DNA of 63,044 nt, filler included, from Intoshia linei (GCA_001642005.1; 5 parts of 5 records of this genome joined end to end with filler, not necessarily neighbours in it); one strand, 5' to 3'. Positions 26,285 through 38,399 are shown, numbered from the whole stretch's first letter. Notes: a model not told the origin generated them from the sequence alone. Made by a program: numbers and translations.

Positions 26285-27061
26285 TTATTTCAATGTTAAA
26301 TTATCCAAATATTTATAATGAAAGACAAAACTTGGTTTGATAAAAATTTGCATTTCTTTATAATCGTAATAAATATAGCTTCCCTGTAAAAAAATATATT
26401 CAATTTAATAAAAAATAAACTTTTTCATAATCTTCGCCAATTTCTTCAGGTTCTTGCTTTCGTTGATACCAAATTTTTTGATCAGTGTGAAAAGCCCAAA
26501 ACTGTTTTTTGAGAGCCTTAGCAGCATAGTATTGGGATAAGGTACCCTATAAATTGATATAAGAATATTAAAAAAGCAACAAACCTCTAGAAAGTAAAAT
26601 ATAAAGAAGAGCGTTTCCAATTGTACCAAATCATAAAATTTTGGATCATTAAATGAGGCTAGAGATTCCTGGGGGTAATATTGAGGTGTGGAGGCTGGTG
26701 CACTTGATAATCTGGCTACGTTGCGTTGGACAAGTCGTTTTAAAGGGTAATTATTTGCTGACTTGGAAATAGTGACCAATAGGGATTTTTGTTCTGCGTT
26801 AGAGTTATTTGGGTTCCACAAAGGATGAATTGCATAATTAGGATTTAAACGGAAATTTTTTGTTAATTTTTCAGTAGCTACATGGGGGACGAGAGTTTCA
26901 ACTAGTTTTGTAATATTTTGAACTTTTGGTGAAACTTTTGCTTTGCTTTGTTTATGTTCAGAAATTTCTGTTTCTTGTTTCTTAGGGTTATTCACAGATT
27001 CCTTCACTTCTTCTACGGTGGATGGAAGTATATCAATGTTTACAACCTGAATAGTGTTTTT
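26285..27061 (-). CDS. CNOT3: CCR4-NOT subunit 3, C-terminal NOT-box exons (5' exons not in visible sequence)
   Basis: ETLFFIFYFLE|GTLSQYYAAKALKKQFWAFHT...WYQR.QEP..I..DYEK|GSYIYYDY...F.F.YKYLD. The most upstream exon starts at a splice acceptor (27062-63), not an ATG. Confidence 0.85.
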
Positions 27062-27729
27062 CTAAATTAAAACTTTAGATAAATATTTTACATTTTAAAT
27101 TAAGTTTAACTTTATTTAATATAATATATCGTTTGACCAATAAAATGTTAAAGTACACTATACAGAACGAGTTTCACGTCTATGTTAAATGAATTCATAA
27201 CTAAATATCAACATATATTTATTTTTATTGTAATAACGATATTAAAAATAGTTTTATTTTGTAAGTTATAATATGGAATTTATATTATTTACAAAAATTT
27301 TAATCCTATGCAAAACCTAGTCGTATCATAAACGATTTCTGTTATAAAGAAATTAATTAGAAATGAGTTTGATTCAGTGATAAGTCACATCGAGGAAAAT
27401 TTTATAATCGGCAAAAAGAAGGGAAATGAACAAAATTTCCACCGTACAATATGTTTGAAACAATAATTTAAAAAATAAATTTTCGAAAAAACGTACTGCT
27501 TATTATGCCTATAGAATGTCTATTTTCGTACAATTCTTTGAATCCCAAAAACAAACTCGGCGGTAGGTTGAAATCGCAGGTAGATTCACATAAAAAATAG
27601 CAATATAGAAGTGTAAGTCTGGAATGATAAAAAGGTTGCCACCATTATATCAATGACGGTAAATCTGTAAAATAGCGTGTCCGTTCAAATGATTGTATTT
27701 TGTTTTAGTTTAAATAACATAATTTACTT

Positions 27730-28030
27730 TATTTGATATAAATTCATGGTCCAGGTTAACCAAGTGTCTTCCTTGAACCAACAATAAAGTTGAAGCCTGG
27801 CATAATACGTTTAGTTTATCAAAATTATCCTCACACCCAAACTTATGGGTTTTTATTGATGCTCTCAAAAAGGAAGAAGTTATACAAGCTAGTAGATATC
27901 CCCTATAGGAGGATAACCATCGAGAAGAAAGAAGAAATATATCAAATTGGAAAACAATCTATCCTGGGTCATAGCTTCTTTCAAAACTAGAACAATCTAC
28001 GAATTTATCTGGAATAGCTTATCATCTCAG
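27730..28030 (+). pseudogene. MULE/Mutator transposase C-terminal remnant
   Basis: LP*TNNKVEAWHNTF...HPNLWVFIDALKKEE matches the PRTNNxxEGWH...HPNIWxFIxxLKKEE motif, with a CGA>TGA stop. Confidence 0.75.
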
Positions 28031-28369
28031 TGGTAAAATTTTTTATTTTTAATTTACAGTTTTGATTTAGATGGCCATTCCGTTTAAATTTTTATATATT
28101 TGTTTAAATAAATTTTCACTTAAACTTGTTATTTTTATTGTTATTAGTTGTATAATGTTTGATCCGATCGTTTTCTTTCAGGATGAAGGAAAATTTCCTA
28201 AATTCAAAGCGAATTTCAATATACTAAGGATGGGCGACTGTTTGTCAGATTTTGGTTCGACAATGATACCCAAATGGGGTATGAACACGATTTTTTTACA
28301 TATATCTCTATCGTGAAGAAAAGAAGAATTAAATCTTTGAGATCGGATGCATCACCCTCGTTGTCTTAT

Positions 28370-28800
28370 GACTGACTTAGTTACATTGCGTAATAATGTT
28401 CTCTTTTTTCGAAGTATCTAACAATAGTTTCGAATGTACCTGCTTCAAGAACATTTAATGTGTTGTGATTGCTTCTTATCCTATAATGCGTAGGTATAGA
28501 AAAGGATACAAAAAAAATTTTTTTTTATTCATTTGATATGAGTTTGTTCAATATATTTGCAATATGGAAAAGAGAAACTATGAAAAGAAAAACATTCTCT
28601 GATTTTCGAATAAATATTGCTGAAGCAATTATCAAAAATGTTGAATATCCGTATAAAGACGAAAAAATCGCAGACAGTTCAATCATTTCTCAAAAAAATT
28701 AGAAAAAGATGCAAACATTGTTCAAAAAATAAAATTCGATCTGAAACAAGTTGGATTTGCGGGAATTGTAAAATATCATCATCACAAATTATAATTTATT
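28370..28800 (+). pseudogene. piggyBac transposase C-terminal remnant
   Basis: FFYSFDMSLFNIF...FSDFRINIAEAII followed by the Cys-rich RKRCKHC..NKIRSETSWICGNC, frameshifted. Confidence 0.65.
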
Positions 28801-29690
28801 AGATGATATGAATGCATCAAGTGTTTTTGAGCGAACTAAGGAAATTGAATCTATAATATCGTTTTGTAAACAATTTGGTTGATATTTATATTATGTTATA
28901 TAATTTATTGAATAAGTTTACTTAGTACCAAAAAAATATGTCCCATGTGTGATACAGAAATGTTTTTTCAAAAAATGCTTGTATTAATGAATTCAAGTTG
29001 AGATGTTCCATGCCATGTACAAAAGTACTATCAATTCGAAATAGTACCTTTTTTGAAAAAGGTCATTTAACTCTATCTCAAATTGTTACTTTTATTTACT
29101 ATTGGGCATATGAAATGGGATCAGAAAAGACACTTAATCGAGAAATTTGAATATCAAAACACACCATTGATTGGAAAAACTTTATGAGAGATATTTGATT
29201 ATAGATTATCCAGAAAGAATTGGGGCTGGCATTGAGGTTCAAATTGACGAAACTAAATTCTCCAAAAGAAAGTACAACCGTGGACGATTATACCCAGAAC
29301 AATGGGTTTTCGGTGGAGTCGAATCGCAATCGAAAAAGTGTTTAATTGTTTCCCTACCAAACAGAACTGCGAAAGTTTTAATCAATAAATAAAGTATTTT
29401 TATCATTATACTTATACTTATATTTTGTTTATTAGGGAATACATTGAACCTGGTTCCATTATTATATTTGATGGCTGAAGATCCTATACGAGAATTCCAT
29501 TATATGGTTTCGACCATGGCGTGGTAAACCACTCACAAAATTTTGTAGACCCTGAAAGTGGTTACCACACAAATAAGATTGAATCGTTATGGGCTTCATT
29601 AAAAAGACGAAATAAAATAGGTAAGCAATTATTTACAAATTAATGTTGATAATCTAATAATTAATATAGAGTGCGGAACTAATAGATTTT
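28800..29690 (+). pseudogene. Merlin (ISXO2/IS1595-like) transposase, degenerate, with spliceosomal introns
   Basis: CPMC...SIRNSTFFE, EVQIDETKFSKRKYNRGR...QWVFGGVE, I.PGSII..DG*RSY, VNHSQNFVDPESGYHTNKIESLWASLKRR. GT-AG introns at about 29394-29435 and 29622-29669. Confidence 0.85.
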
Positions 29691-29699
29691 TATAGGATG

Positions 29700-30680
29700 T
29701 TATATGATGGATCTAAATGGAAGATAAGGCTATTCAGAAAGTATAAAAGGACAAGATATAAAAGAAATGTCGATAATTTATCTATACTTGAGATCCAGAC
29801 GACCTTAGAGAATTGTATTGTGACATGTTTCCAGACAGAGCTACCCGTTACACAATATTTAAAGGAATAGGTTCGAAAGCACAACCATTAGTTCAACTAA
29901 GGCCCAACTTTAAAGATATAATAGATGTTGATTCAGACGTAAAATTAGGTCTAGAAGATCTAAGATATTTAATTATAAATTTCCTAAAGAAAGGTCAATT
30001 ACCTCCAGTTGATATGGCCAATGGCCATACATTATATATATAATTTCATGAACAGTATGACAGGTGTCATAGTAGACAACGCATTGGACCGAGATGAAAA
30101 TCTATTTCCTGGTATGGGAAGAACATCAGTCAAAAAAATAATCACAGCCAGTGGCATACGTCTAGGAAAGTTGGATGACGAAATAAAAGTTCAAGATTTA
30201 TCTGTGTTGCGTCACAACGTAAATGCTAAAGTGATGAAATTACCTAAAGACTACTAATAAAAAAATCTTTGATTATGGACTTGCTACCTATTTACTCATT
30301 GGAGTTAGGTTGAGTAAATTAATGGAACCAAAGAACTCAGCAAAGAATCTTTTAATAGAATCCTAGACAAAATACACTCTAGTCCTTTTTATTTAACTCC
30401 TGACCTTAGAGAATCTTTGCCCAAAACTCCTATAGTCTTGGTCTATTCTGATTAGTGTTGGCAATTTATGATAGAAGAGGTTCGACATAGAAGACTCATG
30501 TAAATCACTTGCAAAAGCTTCCATAATATATCAAACGTTTCAGTTAGAAAAGTTAAAAACATACGTGAAATTGGGACAGATATTCAAATACCCTCTAAAA
30601 GCTTAAAACTTCAAAAATAAAAATTTAAAATTTACTAGATTCTTTTGATGGAAATCTGTGCTTATATTTTGATGCTAAAA
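29700..30680 (+). pseudogene. Frameshifted intronless coding relic; candidate endogenous bunyavirus-like L (RdRp) fragment
   Basis: Overlapping ORFs 29813-30043 and 30009-30257 continue through frameshifts. Ordered motifs NLFP...LATYLLIGVRLSKL...ILDKIHSSPFYLTPDLRESLPKTPI...QFMIEEVRHRR resemble, from memory, the post-core region of phenuivirus L proteins. Confidence 0.4.
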
Positions 30681-30780
30681 NNNNNNNNNNNNNNNNNNNN
30701 NNNNNNNNNNNNNNNNNNNNNNNNTTAATTAATTAANNNNNNNNNNNNNNNNNNNNNNNNNNNNNNNNNNNNNNNNNNNN
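30681..30780. other. Assembly gap with TTAATTAATTAA linker (identical gaps at 49357-49456, 56352-56451, 58287-58386)
   Basis: 100-nt N pad around a 12-mer with stop codons in all six frames. Confidence 0.97.
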
Positions 30781-30910
30781 TTTCATTTTATGAATTAAAA
30801 TTATTATAAATTAATTAAATCTGTTAGTTTTAACTTAATTTTTTTTGTGCGGTCCGCGTAATAATTTTTTTCACATTTGGCCCGTCAAGTAAATTAAGTC
30901 TGACACCCTG
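30781..30910 (-). mobile_element. Half of a hAT MITE of the 34430/37493 family
   Basis: Reverse complement of cagggtgtcaga...ttg.cgggccaaatgtga...gttaaaactaacagattt, truncated by the gap. Confidence 0.75.
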
Positions 30911-30998
30911 GTCTTAAAATTTTTTTTACCAAACTTTAAAAAGGTTTCTAAAAAAAATTCTTAAAAAATAGCCGTTTAATAAAATTAACAAAAGCTAT

Positions 30999-31460
30999 GG
31001 ATAGAGGACCAAATTTTATCTTGAATGTATAAAATGTATATGTTGCATAGAATGTGTACAACTGTGAAATGTACAAATTTTATGAACAAGTCGTAGCATG
31101 TGTAAAATTTACTTATAATTTTTTTTGAACCAAATTTTAAGGGGCGTTTTAAGATTTCTTTTGAAATAAACTTTAAGGGGGGTTTTTAGGAATTTTTTTT
31201 AACAGAACTTTAAGGGTGTTTTTTAGAGATTTTTTTGAACCAAATTTAAAGGGAGTTTTTCGGAAGTTTTTTTTTAACCAAAATTAAAAAAAATTTTAAA
31301 AGCCTAAATATAAATTAAATATAAATAAAAATTGTACACATTCTACGACTTGCCCATAGAATGTGTACATTTCAGTTGTATACATTCTATACGACATATA
31401 ACGTAATTATGTAAATTTAAATGTAACATAAAATTTATGGCATAAAATTTCCATTTGACC
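30999..31460. mobile_element. MULE/foldback-like MITE with long TIRs and an internal ~39-bp tandem array
   Basis: ~100-bp inverted arms (tagaatgtgtacaactg..aaatgtac..caagtcgtag vs ctacgacttg..gtacatttcagttgtatacattcta). Flanks aaaagctat/caaagctag match 7/9. Core repeats ttttttgaaccaaattttaaggg. Confidence 0.6.
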
Positions 31461-31557
31461 CAAAGCTAGAACAATTTTTTTCAAATATTACTTTTTTATT
31501 TATATTTTCTATTTCAATGCTAAATATACTGATTAGTTAATAAAATACAATACTAAC

Positions 31558-34327
31558 TTATTCAATGCGTTTGATAAACTGCTCTTTTTTTCATTCGTAG
31601 TATAACTTTGAGATCGAATTAGAAATTCTACTATGAGAACATTGTTACATTCTTTAGCAAATTCGATAACACTCGTACCATATTGATCGAATACATATGA
31701 AGAGGCACCACACGATATTAAATATTTCAAACCAATTAAAAAGTCACTACAAATAAAATTATATTATTTTTTATCAAGATTATCAACTATCATTATAATT
31801 ATTATATAATTATAATTATTTGCTGAAAAAAGATGTCAAGTAAGTGTTATCGTAATATTTATACATTTTCGATTCTAAACATATTCTACTTATCCTTACT
31901 TATATAAAGTAAAAATTACTAAATAACCATTTATTTAGGAAACTGAAACTCCCAGAAATTTAAAAAAGCAAATTCTCAGTCACTGTATTGTGTTGCATAA
32001 AGTAAGATCAATTTAACTATCAGAATGTTGCTTCTTAATGGTTAAAAATCTATATTACACCTATAATACAGTTTTTTCCAGTTAATATATTGGAAAATTT
32101 TAATTTCCGAAATTGACGCATTCATGGTAATAAAAAGCACTTACCACTAATTCTTTTTATTAGCCATTAAATCCGATCTTGAATGAAAAAAAATTGAAAC
32201 CCTTTAGTATTCATAAAATCCTTACATATATAAGTAATTTAGTAAATTTTATTTTCAGAAACTGTCCCTTCAAGATCAAAACCCCAATTATCCTTTTTTA
32301 ATAAATATAAGTAGCAACAGAATGAAAAAAAATTACAGCTGACACAGTTGTATCCAGTTAATACCCAAAAAATTTTAATCTGAAAAAGTGAAACCTCTGT
32401 ACACATAAATGTAATGGACTTTTTTTGTCCTCAGTTTTACATATTAAATTGCAACCTTCTTCAATGAGTATCTAATGATAAATCAATAAAATTCAATGAA
32501 TTATGTATAATCAAAGAATTACCTTCATACATTGTATATCCCTACCAATACAAGTCATATGAAGAGCATTATACCCGAGAAAATTGTATTTATCTATGCA
32601 AGAAGGGCATTGTTTACAAATCCACCGTAAAATATCGTATTGTTTGTGTTTTACGGCAATATGAATGGGTAGCAAATTATTTTTATCTGGATAACTATAC
32701 ATAAAAATTAATAAAAAAAGCATATATAAAACTCAATAATATGATCGATAGCATAATAAAGATTTATTGCGGTTTTCATTTCACCGTCCTTGATGGCATT
32801 TATAAATTTTTCTAGATCAGAAGGGTTTATTTCAATTACCGATTGAATAGTCTAAAACTGGCGATAAAACAAAAAAAATAATAATTTTAAAATATCCATA
32901 ACCTCAGTTTCATCATTATGTTTTGTACTTTTAGTATTATCGGTATCATAATTGTTATTATTGGTGGATTCAACAATGTCCATATCGGAGGATTTGGCTG
33001 ATATAGATTGTTCTAATGAAGGTTGATTATAAGAGGTTATAGAATCAATGTTGGAATCCTTAATATTCGATTTTGATTGAATTGAATCTTCATTTAAATC
33101 CAATTTTTCTACAGATAGACTCACTTCCGTGTCTGAATCCATACTGGTACTTTCTCCGACGGAAAAATTTGAAAATGAATTCAATTCATGATCTGAATTT
33201 GATTTAACAGTCGTGTCAGAGCTTGATATTGTAGCAAGACTACTATTCAAACTGAGAGAATTTATTGAATGGCACACAAATTTGGAATGCTTTAATTCTT
33301 CATTACGATGGTCGAATATTTTTTTAAAATTTTCTAAAAACGTTATTAGTACAATGAGTTTTGATTGATACGGTTGTTTGAGTTGTCTTCTGTTAGAGTA
33401 AAAGTTCTATGTGTTTTTCTGTCGTCGTGTACAGGAGATAACCATTTTTTACAATTTGCAATATAACAAACATTTGTATCTCCTTCATAAATCTGGCAAC
33501 TATCCAAAAACCAACAAGAATCTAAAAATATTGCGTACAAGTAATAAAAATCATTTACCCTCATTAGTATCATTATGACCCACAGAAAATGATGTGGGTT
33601 GACCAAAATCTTCAACGTTCAAGTAAAAATAACTAGACTACACAAATTAAAGAATCTATATATGAAGAATACAGAATTATCCAATAGTTTTGAATTTTCT
33701 TCGACATTAAGTTTTATAGTATCTGTCATTTTACCATCGTGACCAATTAGTTGCAATTCTATAGGTCCATACCTTCCAGAACCTTTTTGAGAACCAGTTT
33801 TAAATTTTACTACATAATCCATTTTTTGAATAGTAGGGATAAATTCCTTTATTTTGAATAAATTTTATATTTTTGATATTAAACCTCTATGGTAGATATT
33901 TTTATTATCCTTGAAGCTTCATCGGTCCCATTCAAAGAAGGTAAATAAATTTCATCATAAGAATCTAATACGTTTATTTCGTTCTAATAAATTAAATTTA
34001 TGACATGTAATGAAATTATGACATGGTTAATATATATCAGGTCATCTTATATCTAATATTTTATCACCTAGGGAGGTAGAGCATTATGACAGCCCTACCA
34101 CCATTAACGGTGCAATAGTTTTGATTTTACATCATTAAATTGTTGATTAAAATTGATAGTAATCATTAAAAATTTTCAATCAGTTTCATCTAACCCAGCT
34201 TACTTTCAGCTCTAGACGTTTTTGAATATTCTCATAATTATTACGATAATAAAATATATAAGATGAATATTAAAATTACATTAGTCTTTATTTTATTTTT
34301 CTTCTTTTTCTTTTTTTTAGTTTGGGT
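31558..34327 (-). CDS. PLAT/LH2-domain plus ankyrin-repeat protein, multi-exon, both ends incomplete
   Basis: PLAT: YVVKFKTG...IELQLIG..G...GHND...WFLDS.QI...CKKWLS. Then a Ser/Asp-rich linker and ankyrin repeats LPIHIAVK, GYNALHMTC, KSPLHLCVQ, GTSVIEFAKE. The last visible exon ends in a donor site. Confidence 0.7.
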
Positions 34328-34429
34328 CTATAATTTAATAATAAGTATTGATTAGTATGGGAAACAATAATATCATTGTTATTATGCATTACAATGTAAT
34401 TACATAAAGTTATTTAAATGTCTATTCGT

Positions 34430-34726
34430 CAGGGGTGTCAGATTCAATTTGCTTGGCGGGCCAAATGTGACAAAAAATTATGTTAAAACTAACAGATTTA
34501 ATTAATATATAATAATTTTAATACATAAAATGAAATATGAAACAATAAAAATGGAGTAAGTGTCCAAATAATGTTAAAATTGTAATAATGAATAAATAAA
34601 TCATGAAAAATATATGATAAAACAGTAAATAAGAAATATGTGTAAAAAATTGTTATAAAAAATATAAATTTATATTATAACGCGGGCCGCACATTACATA
34701 ATTGGAGCGCATAATTGACACCCCTG
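34430..34726 (+). mobile_element. hAT MITE, no matching TSD
   Basis: TIRs caggggtgtca and tgacacccctg. Flanks ctattcgt and gtcaatat do not match. Confidence 0.8.
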
Positions 34727-35230
34727 GTCAATATCATGCCTATCAAAAATATAATTAATCAAATTATCGTGATTTATTTAATAAATACCTAACGTACATA
34801 TAAAAGACCAAACACACTATAGTTTCTAACATTCTGATTTATATTTTGTACTAAAACCCTCCTTAAAATTTGGTACAAAAATTCCCTAAACACCCCTTGA
34901 AAAAATGGTAAAAAATTTTTTTGATTTTCAAATCTGTATGAGAGTCTATATTTTTTTAAATCATAGACTCGATTGATTTTTATAAAAAAAATAATTAGTG
35001 TTTTTGATCGTTAAAATGTATAATGAATATATAACATTAAATGCAATCATACTAACACCAAAAAAAGATTACAGAATCCACACCGTTTAAATAACAATAA
35101 AATGAACTAACTTAAAATATGATTAAAATAATTCATAAATAACCAATACTCAATTAAAAAACAAAAATACATGCTATAAAACATAGTATAAATGGTACAC
35201 ATTACATGTACGTTAAAACTTGAATATTAC

Positions 35231-35828
35231 TTCGATTTTTGGTATAAAATTAGCAATCTGTCTGATAATCAAGAGTTGATTATTTTGGCATGATTTACAA
35301 AGAATATGTCTATTTCTGTTTCTATTAAAAGAAGAATTGTGTGACTTTGCAGATTGAGATTCAGTGGTATAGGAATCATTTAAATGATCAATACAATAAA
35401 ATTCGTTCATTTCTTTATTATAAGAACCATCCTATAAAAAAATAAAAAATTAAAAAACTTAAAAAATAAAAAATTAACAAAAAAAACCTTGTTAAATCCA
35501 TTATACTGTTGGCATTTTGAACAATCATAAGAATTACGTTTCTTGTAATCAACACATTGAAATGTATTGCAAAACCAACAATTTACACGGGCAGAAAAGA
35601 GAGGGCTTAAATATCAAATAAATGTTAAAATAAAAAAAGTAAACTAAACAACAAAATTCAAACATTAACGATAATGTTGACATTATCATTATCCAAAAAG
35701 TAAAATTACCGGATCAACTTGTATAAAACAGTCACTGACAAACAAGCCATAAATGCAGTAGCCAAATGGAAGATGGATTCTGCTGGCCTCGGGAAAATAT
35801 AAAAGTACATTTCTTTTATTTGGCTCAT
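35231..35828 (-). CDS. TMEM201: TMEM201/Ima1 N-terminal domain; 3' part not found
   Basis: TM segment, then VNCWFCN....NSYDCSKCQQYNGFNK|DGSYNK and ILCKSCQNNQLLIIRQIANFIP, the Ima1_N Cys motifs. Confidence 0.8.
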
Positions 35829-36919
35829 TATGAATTCTGTAAAAGGTAAATTCAACTAAATGTAATTTATAAATTATTTGATATTATTTAGCTAAATGAA
35901 TAAATAGTGTCACAAAATAAGTGGATCACTGTTGCATAGAATCTATATATCTGAACTACATTTGGTTCTCTTGAATATAAGTCTGTATCAAATGAAACTA
36001 TACAATGTACTATGTAGCATTTTGTGACAAAATTGATAAAAGTATTACACCAAATTTGAAAAGTAAAATGTAAAACACTAAAATGGAACAAAAATAATGA
36101 ATATATAGCTTCACGTTTGCAATTTTAAAATTTTAAATGTATTTACTCTGTGTAACACTTTTAGAATTCAGTGTGGAATTTGTCCAATTTTATCATAGTA
36201 AATAAAAAAAGTTTAAAACGCCAACTTGAAATTTGTTTACATTTAAATTTAAATTGAAAATTTTTTAAATAATTTTTAAATACCGTACATTATTTAAAGA
36301 ATTCGAGATTAGAAATTGAAAATTTACCTGAATTTTAATTAAATTTTCTACTTTAAAATATTAATAAATCGGCATGGTAAATTTTAAAAATTTTAATATT
36401 TCATTTATTGACATGTTACAATTGCATAGATATATTTGTAATGTACTTTGTATTGTTTGTTTATGTTTGTATTCAATTTCATGTTGACAATTTCTTTTGA
36501 AATATCCAAGTTTAATTTTTAAAATGCAATTATCATCATCATATGATGATCAATGATCATAAATGCAAAAATTAAATTGTAAATATATTGCAAAGAAATT
36601 GAAAAAATTCAAAATAAAGTTAAAATTAAATTCTAATTTGTTCAATTTATTACATCATGTAATTTACTTGTATAGATTTATTTATTGTTGAAATACAAGA
36701 CTTTGATTCCAAGTTGGAATTTCCAAATGATTAGTTAAAATATTCATGTTACTATTTAACTGTTATTTACACTAATATCAGGGAAACTTACTATCTGCTA
36801 TAAGAGATTACTCAATCACAAATTACATCACTAATTTATCTAAATGTAAATAAATTACAAACTATATGAATCTTTTATTAAGAGTCTCATTTCAATTTGA
36901 GACTTAATCTAAAAATAAA

Positions 36920-37340
36920 TAAATAAAATGCTTTTTTGATCGTGAAGTCGTTACTTATTCGGATTGAAATTTTGTGTGTGTATTAACAGGATACAACTGT
37001 AAAATCTGTAAATTTTTTTAAATTTTAGGGCTGTTTTCATTATGAAAAGAAAGGTTATTTGAGGTTTTGACCCTGAAGATATAATTTTTTTAAATTTAAA
37101 TTTATGGTAATGTTTATGATTTTAAAATCCGTATCAACTTATATATTTTTTAAAATTCTCCAACTCAGTTGATTTTCAAAAAGAGGGACAACCGGGGTTT
37201 TTGACCCGTAAGATGTAAAATTGTGAGATTGAAATTTATCTTAATATACGTACCGAAAAAAACTGTAATTGAAATGTGGTCTTTAAAAAATTCTAAGACG
37301 GGTAGTTATTTAAATAAAGCTTAACTCACACACCAGCTAA
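36920..37340 (-). mobile_element. Helitron-family fragment
   Basis: Contains tgcttttttgatcgtgaagtcg...tgtgtgtattaacaggatacaac...gaaatgtggtcttt...ggtagttatttaaataaagc, shared with 52250-52650. Confidence 0.7.
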
Positions 37341-37492
37341 GTCAAATATAGTTATTACTGAATGTAGTGGTTTTATGATAGAGAAAGTTATTATATCTGA
37401 AGTTCGAAGAATCTTGTAGATTTAAAGCCAGAATCTAACATTATCAAAATAGAAATGCAAATACATNTAAAGTTATTTAAATGTCTATTCGT

Positions 37493-37769
37493 CAGGGGTG
37501 TCAGATTCAATTTGCTTGGCGGGCCAAATGTGACAAAAAATTATGTTAAAACTAACAGATTTAATTAATATATAATAATTTTAATACATAAAATGAAATA
37601 TGAAACAATAAAAATGGAGTAAGTGTCCAAATAATGTTAAAATTGTAATAATGAATAAATAAATCATGAAAAATATATGATAAAACTGTAAAATAAGAAA
37701 TATGTGTAAAAAATAAAAATTTATATAAGGCACATTCCATAATTGGGGGCCGCATAATTGACACCCCTG
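37493..37769 (+). mobile_element. hAT MITE with TSD
   Basis: TIRs caggggtgtca and tgacacccctg. Flanks ctattcgt/ctattcat match 7/8. Confidence 0.85.
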
Positions 37770-38399
37770 CTATTCATGGAAATAACAGTCGCTAAAATTT
37801 TATGGTATCGTTACGGGATCATTTCTATGATATGGTATGGCGCAAGTCAATTTTTTACATAATCACTAAAGTCCTGTCACTTGTCAATGTCAGATTTTAT
37901 ATTTATCGAAGCGCATCTCAAAAGTTTTTTTATAGTGCGGTAGGCATCTAAGACGAAATTTGAAATGATACATTGAACTACTATTTATAGAAAGTGATAC
38001 TATACAAGTACATAGTATATATATCTTATATGTATCGTTTAATTCGTTTTTCATTCCCATTTTTATCTCATTTATCCTTACTACTATATAATTTAATGTC
38101 TGTCTGTGTGACCGTTTTTTTCAATAACTAAGAGTCTTAAAATTTTAACAAAACACAAATTCCAAATCAGACTTTTGCGGAGAAAATTACAATAAATTTA
38201 AATCTCAGAAACTTAACTCTTCCTGGTCAACCACCCCAATTGTTAATCCTTTTTAATTTTTATATATATTAATCGATTCAAGTTGACAATTTAATCAGTA
38301 CAGTGAGTGTACTCTCTAGTTCAGGACAGTGGAGAGAGGTTAAAGTCACATGGACCGATCATACAATCATGACTGGCCTACTATTTAATGTATTAATAC

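Noticed and set aside
29171-29392. Bacterial IS1595 contamination or recent HGT
   Set aside because: It contains spliceosomal introns and sits among eukaryotic TE remnants, so it is a Merlin element.
30725-30736. Identical TTAATTAATTAA island inside every N-run
   Set aside because: Artificial six-frame-stop scaffolding linker, not biological.
27061-31558. Ankyrin gene splicing directly into the CNOT3 NOT-box
   Set aside because: A gap of unknown size lies between them and more simply hides the missing exons of both genes.
34236-35828. TMEM201-PLAT-ankyrin fusion gene
   Set aside because: No convincing in-frame exon chain, and the MITE flank evidence favours a mis-join.
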